63,741 nt of DNA, filler included, from 9 parts of 9 records of this genome joined end to end with filler, not necessarily neighbours in it; one strand, 5' to 3'. Counted from the first letter of the whole stretch, positions 43,493 to 54,647 are shown. Made by a program: numbers and translations. The notes: generated from the letters alone by a model not told the origin.

Positions 43493-45322
43493 TCAATTCA
43501 ATACGTATGGTCTGCCACAAGCTACAATACTTGATTCACCAAAGATAGGTCTATATACAACCATTCCTCGGCTGCTGCTTGCATCAATCACCATGCCATT
43601 ACCGGCATAGATTCCTACGTGGGTAATATTCATAAAACGTCCATTTGTATTAAAAGACCAGAAAATCAAGTCTCCAATTTGCAGATCGCTCTTTGCGATA
43701 CATAAATTATTGTTCACACAATACCTAGTTTGCTCTGCTGCTGTTCCTGCTGTGAAGTGCGTGACTCCAGCCTGCTGATAACACCATCTTGCAAAATAGC
43801 TGCAATCAACATAATTGCCTTGTCCACGTAACGAACGTGAATATGGATGTCCGAGTCTTGAGAGTGCATATTCAACGATAACAGAACCCAATTCACCTTC
43901 AGGAAGATTGTTTATCAGCTGTGAAAGCTGCTCTGGAGTTAATCCATTGAAAGTATCCATGCCACGCAGTTCCATATACATCGCTATGTACTGTGGTGAC
44001 ATCATTTCCTCAAGCACTTCAACCTGTTCGTCGGTAAAGTTATATATCTCCGCACCATCGACATACGTTTTGTATTCCATTGTGATGACTAATGTGCGAT
44101 AGATTTCCGGTGTTGGCTCAGGTGTCGGTGATGATGTACTCGGTGATGCACTAGGATTAGGCTTTGGGCTTGGTGTAGGTACGGGAGTCGGGATGATCTC
44201 TTCCTGTATTTCATAATCAATGCTATTCATCTGCCAAAAGATATCTTTTAGTACATCGGCCTTTTCGATATCCATAATTGCCACATCCATGTATTCATCC
44301 GGATTATCATTGATTGTTGACTTTACAGAGAATACCGCAAGAACATCAATCCAGTTGGAAGGTGTATAACCGGATGACGCTGTTTCTCCCTCAATGATGA
44401 TTTTATCAATTTCTCCGGCATCTATAACGATGTTGTTAATGGTTGCTGAATACTCACCGTTAATCTCTTGAACCACTTCTGACAGTGTTGGTGTTTCCCC
44501 ATCACTTTCATTTGTAAATGCACCAAACGGTGATGAGATAATAAGCATAATCACAGCGATAATCAGGATAATTACGATAACCACCCAACCACCAGCAGCG
44601 ATAAGTGCTATCAAGCCCTTTATCGCAGCGACAGCGGCTTTAACGGCAGCTATTGCTGCCTTAACAGTAGCTTTTATTGCTTTCGCTGTCATGATGGCAG
44701 CTTTCTTTGCAACTACTGCCGCTTTTTTAGCCGCTTTTGCCGTTGTCTTGGCGGTCTTCGCCGCTGTTTTTACACCACGTTTCGTAGTTTTGACTGTTTT
44801 CTTCGCTGTCTTTGCAGTGCGTCTTGTAGATTTGATTCCTTGCTTTGCTTTTTTCCCTGTATGAATGGCGCTTTTTGCAGAGCGTTTTTGAGTAGCTGCA
44901 TTTTTTGCTTTTGAAGCTGTGGTTTTTCTCTGATACTCTTTTACAGTGGATTTCTTTGCTGTATTGCTCTGAGCTTTTTCATATGCTTGCTTTGTTTTAG
45001 TCTGCTTGTTCGCTTTGGCTTTCTCAGTTGCTTTTCGTACTCCTTTGCGAACAAGGTCATTTGTTTCTCGTCCTACTTTTCCACCAGCTTTTCTAACTGC
45101 ATATTCAGTTTTTTCCGTTACTTTATCCGTCATATATTCTTCTGGTCTGTGAGACTTATCTTCTCCAGGTATATGTTCATTCAACTTGCGATTTGCAGTC
45201 CTTGTATTGTGAACACCTTTTGATGTTTTTTCTACACTGCTTTTCACACCCTTCACAGTACGTACAGTTCTCTCTAACGTCTTAGGCGGTGGAGCAGTTG
45301 GTTTGACTTTAGGTTTATCCAT
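43493..45322 (-). CDS. ICE/conjugative-element NlpC/P60 cell-wall hydrolase
   Basis: K/A/T-rich N-terminus, TM segment, PT linker, C-terminal DCS...GDLIFW...THVGIYAG. Confidence 0.85.
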   Translation of the reverse strand: MDKPKVKPTAPPPKTLERTVRTVKGVKSSVEKTSKGVHNTRTANRKLNEHIPGEDKSHRPEEYMTDKVTEKTEYAVRKAGGKVGRETNDLVRKGVRKATEKAKANKQTKTKQAYEKAQSNTAKKSTVKEYQRKTTASKAKNAATQKRSAKSAIHTGKKAKQGIKSTRRTAKTAKKTVKTTKRGVKTAAKTAKTTAKAAKKAAVVAKKAAIMTAKAIKATVKAAIAAVKAAVAAIKGLIALIAAGGWVVIVIILIIAVIMLIISSPFGAFTNESDGETPTLSEVVQEINGEYSATINNIVIDAGEIDKIIIEGETASSGYTPSNWIDVLAVFSVKSTINDNPDEYMDVAIMDIEKADVLKDIFWQMNSIDYEIQEEIIPTPVPTPSPKPNPSASPSTSSPTPEPTPEIYRTLVITMEYKTYVDGAEIYNFTDEQVEVLEEMMSPQYIAMYMELRGMDTFNGLTPEQLSQLINNLPEGELGSVIVEYALSRLGHPYSRSLRGQGNYVDCSYFARWCYQQAGVTHFTAGTAAEQTRYCVNNNLCIAKSDLQIGDLIFWSFNTNGRFMNITHVGIYAGNGMVIDASSSRGMVVYRPIFGESSIVACGRPYVLN

Positions 45323-45342
45323 CCATATCTCCTTTCAAAAAA

Positions 45343-45442
45343 NNNNNNNNNNNNNNNNNNNNNNNNNNNNNNNNNNNNNNNNNNNNTTAATTAATTAANN
45401 NNNNNNNNNNNNNNNNNNNNNNNNNNNNNNNNNNNNNNNNNN
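45343..45442. other. Artificial contig spacer
   Basis: Same 100-nt linker. Confidence 0.97.
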
Positions 45443-46292
45443 TGAAGGATTAATTCACGTTTCAGAAATGTCTTGGTCTCAACATTTAAGAAGCGCTCAA
45501 GAATTCATGAATGTGGGCGACGAAGTTGAAGCACAGATTTTAACTCTTGATAGAGAAGAGCGAAAAATGTCTCTAGGAATTAAGCAATTAAAATCCGATC
45601 CATGGGAAAAAATCGAGGAAAAATATGGAGTTGGATCTAAGCATTCAGCAAAAGTTCGCAACTTTACAAACTTCGGTGTTTTTGTTGAAATAGAAGAAGG
45701 AGTTGATGGTTTAATCCACATTTCTGATTTATCATGGACGAAGAAAATTAAGCACCCAGCAGAATTTACTTCAATAGATGCTGATATAGATGTAACTGTT
45801 CTTGAAATTGATAAAGACAACAGAAGACTAAGTCTTGGACATAAGCAATTAGAAGAAAACCCATGGGATGTATTCGAAGAAATGTTTACAATGAATAGTA
45901 TCCATGAGGGAACAATTGCTGAGTTCATTGATAAAGGAGCAATTGTTGCTTTACCATACGGTGTTGAAGGGTTTTCTACTCCAAAACACTTGGTAAAAGA
46001 AGATGGTACTCCTGCAAAAGTTGATGAGAAATTACCATTCAAAGTAATTGAATTCAATAAAGCTGCTAAAAAAATTATAGTATCTCACAGTAGAGTTTTC
46101 GAAGATGAAAAAAGAGCATCTGATGCTGCATCAAGAAAAGCTAGTGATGAAGCTACAAGCAAAGCAAAAGCTAAAATCAAAAGCAATTTAGAGAAGACTA
46201 CATTGGGTGATATTTCAGATTTAGCGGCATTAAAATCAGAAATGGAAGAAAAAGAAAAAAATCCAATAAAAATTAGTATATTGCATTTATAA
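45443..46292 (+). CDS. rpsA: 30S ribosomal protein S1, 5'-truncated
   Basis: S1 repeats EGLIHVSEMSW and DGLIHISDLSW; Bacteroidota-type tail EKTTLGDI. Confidence 0.95.
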
Positions 46293-46309
46293 CATTAAAT
46301 TTCTTTAAA

Positions 46310-46660
46310 ATGGAATTCAAGATTGAAAAGTTGGAAAATCACACGTTGATCCAAGTTTTAGAGGAAAAGTTAGATACTCATATCGCACCCACACTTAAAT
46401 CGGAGTTAGTTCTAGTATCTGGAAATGGAGAAAAAAATATAATTTTAGATTTAAGCAAAGTACGTTATTGTGATTCTTCTGGCTTAAGTGCAATACTAGT
46501 AGCAAACAGACTGTGTAAAAACGCAAATGGCACATTTGTCCTCACAGGATTAAATGATGCTGTTGAGAGGTTAATAACCATTTCTCAGCTTGATACAGTA
46601 CTTAACATTTCGAGTACGATTGATGAGGGAACGGGATTAATACACAATACTGAAGGCTAA
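46310..46660 (+). CDS. STAS-domain (anti-sigma antagonist-like) protein
   Basis: IILDLSKVRYCDSSGLSAIL. Confidence 0.9.
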   Translation: MEFKIEKLENHTLIQVLEEKLDTHIAPTLKSELVLVSGNGEKNIILDLSKVRYCDSSGLSAILVANRLCKNANGTFVLTGLNDAVERLITISQLDTVLNISSTIDEGTGLIHNTEG

Positions 46661-46673
46661 TTCAGGATTCAAT

Positions 46674-47617
46674 TTGAAATTTTCTTTGACTATTTTGGGC
46701 AGTAGCTCAGCTCTGCCTATAAATAATAGATTTCCAAGCGCTCATTTACTAAATGTAAATGAGCGCTTTTATTTAATCGATTGTGGCGAAGGAACTCAAA
46801 TTCAGCTGCGAAAGTTTGGGGTAAATTTCCTCAAGATAAATCATCTATTTTTAAGCCATCTACATGGAGATCATGTATTTGGCATTTTTGGTTTATTGTC
46901 AACTTTTGAGTTAATGGGCAGGAAATCATCATTTACCATTTATGCTCCAAAAGATTTTCAGAAAATTCTAAGATTTTACAAATCTACCTTCACACAAGAA
47001 GGAAGTTTTCCTATCATCCATATTCCCATACCCGATAAAAAATCTCTTATTCATGAAGATAAGCAATGCAGTGTAACCTCATTTCCTCTCACTCACAAAG
47101 TGGAGACATACGGCTTTTTATTTAGAGAACAAAAAAGATTATTGAATCTAAAAAAGATGTGGTAAACATCTACAAAATCCCAGTAAAGGATATTCCAAAA
47201 ATAAAAAAGGGAGAAGATTTCTTTGATGAGGATTCACAGGCTACGATCAAAAACCACATGTTAACATTGCCTCCTTATAAGCAAAGGAGTTATGCGTATT
47301 GCACAGACACCATATATAAAGAAAGCTTAAAAGATCTATTTAAAAACATCGATTTACTATACCATGAAGCAACATTTTTACACGAAGAACTAAAGCGTGC
47401 CCGTGAAACATGTCATTCCACAAGTTTACAAGCAGGTGAGCTTGCAAAAAAAGCGAATGTAAAAAAGTTACTTATTGGTCATTTTTCTGCTAGATATAAA
47501 GATACATCAGCACTTCTTAAAGAAGCGAAAAGCATTTTCAAAAATACAGTAGCAGTTAAAGATGGTAATGTATATAATGTCGACCTAACCAGAGTTATTC
47601 ACAATCCTAATGAATAA
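46674..47617 (+). CDS. rnz: Ribonuclease Z, frameshifted near 47155
   Basis: [34 protein letters not shown]. Confidence 0.92.
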
Positions 47618-47679
47618 TTAAGAAGCGAGGATTAAAACGTATATATATTTTATCTTTGCGCAAATTTAAATTTAGTAAC

Positions 47680-49210
47680 GTGACGGAAAAAATAATAATT
47701 GTTGATTTCGGTTCCCAATACACACAATTAATCGCCAGAAAAGTAAGGGAGTTAAATGTTTATTGCGAGATATATCCTTTCAATAACATCCCAGAGTTTG
47801 ATAAAACAGTTAAAGGTGTTATTCTTTCTGGAAGTCCTTATAGTGTTAGAGATGAGGAAGCCCCAATTATAAAATTAAACGACATAAGAAATAAATGGCC
47901 TTTATTAGGTGTTTGTTATGGAGCACAATTAATGGCCCATAATAATGGAGGCGAGGTTCAGCCATCAAAACACAGAGAATATGGACGCGCAAACCTTTCT
48001 AGTTTTGATAGCGATTCTGAACTTTTAAAAGGATTATCTGAAAACACCCAGGTTTGGATGTCTCACGGAGATACTATCGTTAAATTACCAGAGAGTTTCA
48101 AGATAATTGGTAGTACGGTTGATGTAAAAGTTGGTGCATACAAAATTGACAATGAAAACACCTATGGAATTCAATTCCACCCTGAAGTTTATCATACGAC
48201 TGAAGGAAAAACTCTTTTGCAAAATTTTGTAGTAGGCATTTGTGGCTGCAAGCAAGATTGGACACCAAAATCATTTATTGATGAAACAATCGACTTTTTA
48301 AAATCAGAAATAAAAGACGAAAAAGTTGTTCTTGGATTATCTGGTGGTGTAGATAGTTCTGTTGCTGCAGTTTTATTACACAAAGCAATTGGCAGCAATT
48401 TAACCTGTATCTTTGTTGACAATGGTGTCCTTCGCAAAAACGAATTTGAAGACGTGCTCCACTCCTACCAGGATATGGGATTAAATGTTATCGGTGTTGA
48501 ATCGAAAAACGATTTCTTATCTGAACTTAAAGGAGTTTCTGATCCTGAACAAAAAAGAAAAAATAATTGGCAGGGTATTTATCGAAATATTCGAAAGAGA
48601 AGCGAAGAAAATAGACGGTGTTAAATGGTTGGCGCAAGGAACCATCTATCCTGATGTGATTGAATCCGTTTCAGTAAATGGTCCCTCGGCAACAATAAAA
48701 TCTCATCATAATGTTGGTGGTCTGCCAGAAAAAATGCATTTAAAAATTATTGAGCCACTAAAACTCCTCTTTAAAGATGAAGTACGCAGAGTTGGTAAAG
48801 CATTGGAGATATCGCAAAATATCTTAGGCCGTCACCCATTCCCGGGACCAGGATTATCAATTAGAATTATTAGTGATATTACCGAAGAAAAAGTAAACTT
48901 ACTTCAGGAGGTTGATCATATATATGTAGAAGGTCTTAAAGAATTTGGTTTGTATGACGATGTTTGGCAGGCAGCAGCTATTCTTCTCCCAATCCAATCT
49001 GTTGGTGTTATGGGCGACGAAAGAACATATGAAAACGTAGTTGCATTGCGGGCTGTTACATCAACAGACGGTATGACCGCAGACTGGTGCCATCTCCCCT
49101 ATGAATTTCTTGCTAAGATTTCTAATAAAATCATTAACAATGTTAAAGGTGTAAACAGAGTTGTATATGATATAAGCTCGAAACCACCTGCTACAATTGA
49201 ATGGGAATAA
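47680..49210 (+). CDS. guaA: GMP synthase (glutamine-hydrolysing), frameshifted near 48560
   Basis: [51 protein letters not shown] start follows a TAnnTTTG promoter element at 47651-47658. Confidence 0.95.
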
Positions 49211-49244
49211 CATCTCAAAATTGATTTAATCCATCATAAAAGAT

Positions 49245-49279
49245 AAAAACCATCAACTTCTTAAAGTTGATGGTTTTTT
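49245..49279 (+). terminator. Intrinsic terminator after guaA
   Basis: AAAAACCATCAACTT-ctta-AAGTTGATGGTTTTTT. Confidence 0.85.
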
Positions 49280-49543
49280 GTTAGTTGTAAAATTACAGTT
49301 AGTAGACTTAAGAGTAATACTGTACGTATTTATATTCTTTAATTAGTTAAAAAGAATAGCAAATTCGCACTATTTTTTTGCAAAATTGGAACCAATTAAT
49401 ACAGGCATCGTATGCTATAATTGGCAATTATGTTAAGAAGGGAAATATTAGAGGAAATAGAATAAATTTCCCGTTTGATATTTTAAGTTATTTGTTAAAG
49501 AGTTAATTAGCTTAACGTTATTATTATTGAAATTTAAATATCG

Positions 49544-51277
49544 ATGAAAAATATTTTTTTAAGTCTTATTCTTGTTATTGCTGTAACTGCAACTTTATCA
49601 GCTCAAGAAATAATTACCCATCCAAAACGAATGTATTCAGATCCTGAAGGTAATTTATACATCAACAAAGAATTACCGGTTTACTTCAGGATATCTACAT
49701 CTCCTGATGCAAATGCTGAATCTAAACTTTTGAAAAGTAAAGAGACTGAAGCATATGCAAACCCAATGTATCTGGATACAGAAGGCTTTAACACATTTAG
49801 ATCACCATCAGCGGTTGATACTACTACAAAGAAGCCGGTTTATCCACTAAGAGATGTTGTTTTCGAAATTTATGCAGATAGTGAATCTCCCGTTACAAAA
49901 ATTGATTATGGTAAAGTTCTCACTGTTATCAAAGAAGATAAGGTTTTTATTGGAGGGTTAACTTCAATAACTTTAAATTGTAAAGACAAGCTATCAGGAG
50001 TTCAGAAATTATATTATTCATTAGACAGTAGTGCTTACAAGGAGTATACCGCACCCATTGAGTTCAGTAAGCAAGGTGAATACATTTTGCAATATTATTC
50101 AGTAGATAATGTTGGTAACATGGAAGATGTTACGTATAACCATTTGGTTCTGGATGATGAAAACCCTGCAACAAAACTAGAAGTGAAAAATGATTTATAT
50201 AACGATATATTGTCTGCCCGTTCATCCGTAGAACTAATCGCAAGTGATGACTATGGTATTAAAGCCATAACATATTCGATAGATGGCAAAGAAGAAAGAA
50301 TATATAAAAGTTCAATTAAAGCTGCTTATTTATCGCAAGGCGAACATACTTTAACTTACTTTTCTGAAGATAGACTAGGAAACAAAGAAAATCTAAAAAC
50401 ATATAAATTTTATGTTGATAAAACCCCTCCAACAATTGTAGAAGAAATTATTGGTAAAAGTTTTATCGCAAATGGAAGGGAATTTTCTTCAGGGCGCTCA
50501 AAGCTTAAATTAACAACCTTCGATAACAAATCGGGCGTAAAAGAAATATATTACTCCATTAACGATGAAGAATACCAACTTTACGATAAACCATTTTATC
50601 TGGATAATTCCTCGGGATCATTAAGAATAAAGACTTATGCAATTGATAATGTAAACAACAAAAGTTCTGCAGAAGAACAAAACAGCTCATCGAGCATTCC
50701 TTACATCGATCTCTCAGGTCCTGCTCTTAATCATCGATTTAGTGGCCCATCGTTTATCTTAAAAGACACTGTATTTATTACAAAAAGCACAAAAATTTCT
50801 TTGCGTGCCAACGATGCTGAATCAGGTCTTAATAGAATTGAATATCGGATTGACAATGGCGATAGACAAGACTATACAAAACCATTTTCAATTTCAGAAG
50901 AAGGTACACATACCGTTGAATATGATGGATATGATAATGTAGAGAACACAAACTTCGGTTCGTTTAGCTTTAAAGTTGATACTACAGGACCTGATATTTT
51001 TACCCGGTTTAGCATTCCGACAAACAAACAAAGGATTTACAGCGACAGTCTTAAACTTGATGTGTATCCAAGCCATGTTGTATTATTCCTTTCTGCTACA
51101 GATGCTGAGATTGGTGTAGATAAAATATCTTATTCAGTGGACAATGGCAGCATAAAACCTTATGTTGGCCATATAGATGGATTTGAACCAGAAAAGCATT
51201 ACAAAGTACGTATAGAAGCCATTGATAAACTGGGGAATAAAAATATAAAAGACATCAATTTTGGAATTGAACGTTGA
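49544..51277 (+). CDS. Secreted protein with about five tandem ~90-aa beta-rich repeats (OmpL47/Ig-like)
   Basis: Signal peptide; recurring D..SG(V/L)..I.Y..D and D(N/R/K)(V/L)GN motifs. Confidence 0.7.
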   Translation: MKNIFLSLILVIAVTATLSAQEIITHPKRMYSDPEGNLYINKELPVYFRISTSPDANAESKLLKSKETEAYANPMYLDTEGFNTFRSPSAVDTTTKKPVYPLRDVVFEIYADSESPVTKIDYGKVLTVIKEDKVFIGGLTSITLNCKDKLSGVQKLYYSLDSSAYKEYTAPIEFSKQGEYILQYYSVDNVGNMEDVTYNHLVLDDENPATKLEVKNDLYNDILSARSSVELIASDDYGIKAITYSIDGKEERIYKSSIKAAYLSQGEHTLTYFSEDRLGNKENLKTYKFYVDKTPPTIVEEIIGKSFIANGREFSSGRSKLKLTTFDNKSGVKEIYYSINDEEYQLYDKPFYLDNSSGSLRIKTYAIDNVNNKSSAEEQNSSSSIPYIDLSGPALNHRFSGPSFILKDTVFITKSTKISLRANDAESGLNRIEYRIDNGDRQDYTKPFSISEEGTHTVEYDGYDNVENTNFGSFSFKVDTTGPDIFTRFSIPTNKQRIYSDSLKLDVYPSHVVLFLSATDAEIGVDKISYSVDNGSIKPYVGHIDGFEPEKHYKVRIEAIDKLGNKNIKDINFGIER

Positions 51278-51322
51278 AATAGTTTAAAAATATTTATATT
51301 TAAATGATTTTTAAAATAGATA

Positions 51323-51706
51323 ATGAAACCCTTAAAGATAGATCCGACAAAGTTTACTCCGAAAATAATATTCGATCCGTCGAATAATGTTTTCCTCATA
51401 TCTGGATTTTCTCTACCGGAAGATGTTTCTGGGTTTTATACACCAGTATTGGAATGGCTTGATGAATTTTCTCAAAAAGTTGAAAAAAACAAGGCGCCAA
51501 TCCATTTTTCTTTTCGGTTGGTTTATTATAACTCTGGATCGTTCAAAGTACTAATTAATATACTGCATAAAATTGCACTAATTAAAAGTAAAGATGTTGA
51601 AATTGTTATTGATTGGTATTATGATGACGATGATACCCACTTAAAAGATATTGGCGAAGAACTTTCTGACTTAGTTGAGCTACCATTCAACTATATTACA
51701 AATTAA
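51323..51706 (+). CDS. SiaC-family (DUF1987) protein
   Basis: TPKIIFD, ISGFSLPED, FY.PVLEWL, YYNSGS, WYYDDDD, GEEL. Confidence 0.8.
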   Translation: MKPLKIDPTKFTPKIIFDPSNNVFLISGFSLPEDVSGFYTPVLEWLDEFSQKVEKNKAPIHFSFRLVYYNSGSFKVLINILHKIALIKSKDVEIVIDWYYDDDDTHLKDIGEELSDLVELPFNYITN

Positions 51707-51762
51707 TTTTTGCTATGTTCGTGTAGCGCTTTATAAATCCTATTTTACATACTAAATTTTAC

Positions 51763-52272
51763 ATGGTCTCTTTAAAAGAATTATTAAAAAAAGAAGATAA
51801 TATTTATTATACAATGGACGGTAATTCTCCCTATACCGGAGAATACTATGAAAATCACGAAAACCAAAATCTTGCAGAGAAAGGCTCAATGTTATCAGGT
51901 AAACTGCATGGAGTTGTTGAAATTTATAACGAAAATGGAATCTTACTTATTGAAGCAGAATATAATAATGGTAACAAAGATGGTTTAACAACTACATACT
52001 ATGAAAGTGGTCATTTAAAAGCTACTATTGAGTTAAAAAATAACCTTAGAAATGGAGAGCTTAAAATGTGGTTTGATAATGGTGGAAAAAAATATGATGC
52101 CACTTTCGTAAACGACAAACTACACGGGAAACAAATCAAATATTTTCCCAATGGCAATAAAAATATTGAGACTCACTATTCAAACGGGTTAGAGCATGGT
52201 GAGAAAATAGTATGGAACAACAAAGGCGATATAATTTTTAAAGCGGTATTTAATGAGGGTGAATTAATTTAA
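51763..52272 (+). CDS. MORN-variant repeat (YwqK-like) protein
   Basis: Repeated G.L(H/N)G....YY.NG units. Confidence 0.8.
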   Translation: MVSLKELLKKEDNIYYTMDGNSPYTGEYYENHENQNLAEKGSMLSGKLHGVVEIYNENGILLIEAEYNNGNKDGLTTTYYESGHLKATIELKNNLRNGELKMWFDNGGKKYDATFVNDKLHGKQIKYFPNGNKNIETHYSNGLEHGEKIVWNNKGDIIFKAVFNEGELI

Positions 52273-52700
52273 CTCTTTTTATTTATTATTTCTTGTAAAT
52301 CACTTCTTCTATCAAGTAATTCATCAATCTCATCAGCAGACAAAAACGGATCTTTCAGCAAGAAATCAATCTCATGTATATCTTCAATTAATTCTTTTAC
52401 GCTATCAATATCATCAGCATTTTCTAATGTGTTCCCTATTTGCTCAATTAAATTTTTAATTATACTATCCAATGGCTCACTAACCTCAAATATAATTTCA
52501 TCAGAGATTTCTTGTTCAAGGTTTTGAAATTTATTAACCATCACTTCAAGATTATAAACAATATCATAATCAAGATTTACATCGCAATTAGGATATTTAT
52601 TTTCTTTTAAAATACTAATCAAGTACATTAAATGATCGAGATTTTCAACTAAAGATTTTTTATTCAAGGCCATGGTATTAATTTTAGGATCAAAAGTCAA
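52269..52700 (-). CDS. Acidic hypothetical protein
   Basis: ORF of about 135-143 aa ending EIDELLDRR. Confidence 0.6.
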   Translation of the reverse strand: MTFDPKINTMALNKKSLVENLDHLMYLISILKENKYPNCDVNLDYDIVYNLEVMVNKFQNLEQEISDEIIFEVSEPLDSIIKNLIEQIGNTLENADDIDSVKELIEDIHEIDFLLKDPFLSADEIDELLDRRSDLQEIINKKS

Positions 52701-52799
52701 AATTAGTTAGTTTTTAATATTCTTTTTTTATCAGTAAACTAAATTTTTGTTAAATATTTTCATTAATCAATTAATATGAATTCTATTAAATTTAACCTG

Positions 52800-52899
52800 N
52801 NNNNNNNNNNNNNNNNNNNNNNNNNNNNNNNNNNNNNNNNNNNTTAATTAATTAANNNNNNNNNNNNNNNNNNNNNNNNNNNNNNNNNNNNNNNNNNNN
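52800..52899. other. Artificial contig spacer
   Basis: Same 100-nt linker. Confidence 0.97.
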
Positions 52900-54443
52900 G
52901 GAAGTATAAAATCGACCTCAGATTACGGTCTGGTGGCGGACGTGTTCGGCGTATTGCTTATACGGACAAATATGCCAGTGAGAAGCTTCTCCGCAATATT
53001 ATGGAGCTAGATGCTTGCAAACTTGCTGGAGAGCATCCTGACAGGGATTTGACTGCTTGGTTGGAACGGCAAGACCTCGCACTCAAGGAGTATCTTGCAA
53101 AGAAAGGGGTGATACCTGAATCAATTGTTAATAGATCAAAGACTTTGAAACAACATTTAGAGGACTTTATTCTACACAAAAATAACAAATCAATCAGAGG
53201 TGGGATTGGTGCGAAACAGGTGGGGTTGCTAAATAACCGAATAGGCAAAATGGTCAAGGAGTGCAAGTTCAGAAGTGTTGAGGAGATAACACACTCTGCT
53301 GTTGATACTTGGATTGCTAATAAATATGAGAGTAAAGCATTGTCAGCAAAATCATGCAATGATTACTTGCAATCACTCAAACAATTCTGTAAATGGCTTG
53401 ATGTTAACAACATCATTGCGGACAATCCAATAGCTAGACTTACCCCTATCCCTCTTAACTCTGAGAACACCTCACCGAGGCGAGCACTATCTGAAGTAGA
53501 GCTTACCAAGCTTCTAGCAACCGTCAGAGGAGCAAGCGATACAGTTCAAGGACTGAATGGAGAAGAAAGGTATTTAGTATATCAGTTAATCTTACAAACA
53601 GGGCTGAGACACAACGAAGTAAGGACGCTGCTGCACGACGACTTTGATTTTGAGAATAGCACAGTTACTGTTCGTGATGTAAATGCTAAGAATTCTAAGA
53701 CGGACACTTTACCATATATGGAAGAACTTAGTGTCGAGCTTCAGGAGTACTTTGCAAGCAATTCAATAGAAGGTAAAGAACGAGCGTTTAAGAAGATGGG
53801 AACAAAAGGCTTCAAGATGGTCAAGGCTGACCTTCTCAAAGTCGGTATACCATATGAGACAGATGAAGGAAAGGCAGATTTTCATGCTTTGCGTCATACT
53901 TTCTGTACTATGCTTGCCCGTAATGGTGTGCTACCGCAGGTTACTCAGAGGCTTATGAGGCATAGTGACATAAATTTGACCATGAAGAGCTATACACATC
54001 TTCATGTAGATGATAAGAGAGCAGCGATTGGTGAACTCCCAGTATTACGGAAGACACCTAATAACAGGTGCGAGAGTATAAAAGATAAAATAGAGGGGGC
54101 TGAGCCTGACTCAGCCTCTGACAAATCTATAATGTGCCCAAAAAGTGCCCAAATCGTGCCCAGAACGCCGGACAGCTTAAATATTAATATGGACGCTGAT
54201 GGACAGATTGCAATAAAGAGCAGAAACACTCAGAGCACTACTTTTAGGGCATCAAACGACAAAAACACTGCCAAAGACAGTGTTTTTGAAGGCGAAAATG
54301 AGTTTGCAAATTGTGATACAAATTGGTGGAGGCGGCGGGAATCGAACAGTATTTTAATCTTTTACTCAGCAGTACATTGCAAAAGCATCCACGACAAATC
54401 CACCCCCATAAATACCCCCAATACTATTGTATATAATTACTAA
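52900..54443 (+). CDS. Tyrosine recombinase/integrase; 5'-truncated, reading frame continues across the att site
   Basis: TGLRHNE (R), NAKNSK (K), FHALRHT (HxxR), MRHSD (H), KSYTH (Y); the frame is open from 52902 (KYKIDLRLR...AYTDK). Confidence 0.92.
54134..54162 (+). repeat. Three direct GTGCCCA repeats with 11-bp period, candidate integrase arm-type sites
   Basis: GTGCCCA at 54134, 54145 and 54156, about 160 bp from the att core. Confidence 0.65.
54324..54347 (-). mobile_element. att site: duplicated 3' end of tmRNA (ssrA) or a tRNA-Ala-like gene
   Basis: Minus strand GTTCGATTCCCGCCGCCTCCACCA = T-loop, T-stem and acceptor strand with U70 and ACCA; no 5' T-stem partner, so it is a fragment. 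Confidence 0.85.
54402..54420 (+). repeat. Two ACCCCCA direct repeats, candidate arm sites of a second element
   Basis: ACCCCCA-taaat-ACCCCCA, about 55 bp from the att core on the side opposite the integrase. Confidence 0.5.
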
Positions 54444-54647
54444 TTTCGGTTTACGTTCAATTTATAAAGAAATATTTTATTATTTCTTATTCCTGCTAAT
54501 GATCTTACACCATAACAGAACACACCATTTTTCAGGTTCTGTAATTACACATATTATTTTACAGACTCCCGGAATCTGCGAAAGCCCCTTCTCATCAGTC
54601 TGAAATTCGCTCATATACTGCCCATTCACCATTTTAAAATATAATGT

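Noticed and set aside
44620-45000. K/A/T-rich repeats as a separate histone-like protein or DNA tandem repeat
   Set aside because: They are the low-complexity N-terminal region of the ICE NlpC/P60 protein and are degenerate at DNA level.
46250-46292. Unusual C-terminal tail of RpsA (NPIKISILHL)
   Set aside because: It follows long A-runs and is probably an indel or collapse artefact rather than a real extension.
52269-53001. Integrase island inserted next to the Bacteroidota guaA region
   Set aside because: A contig spacer (52800-52899) separates them, so the adjacency is artificial.
54324-54347. Complete tRNA or tmRNA gene
   Set aside because: Only the T-loop to CCA end is present, and the adjacent sequence cannot form the 5' T-stem strand.
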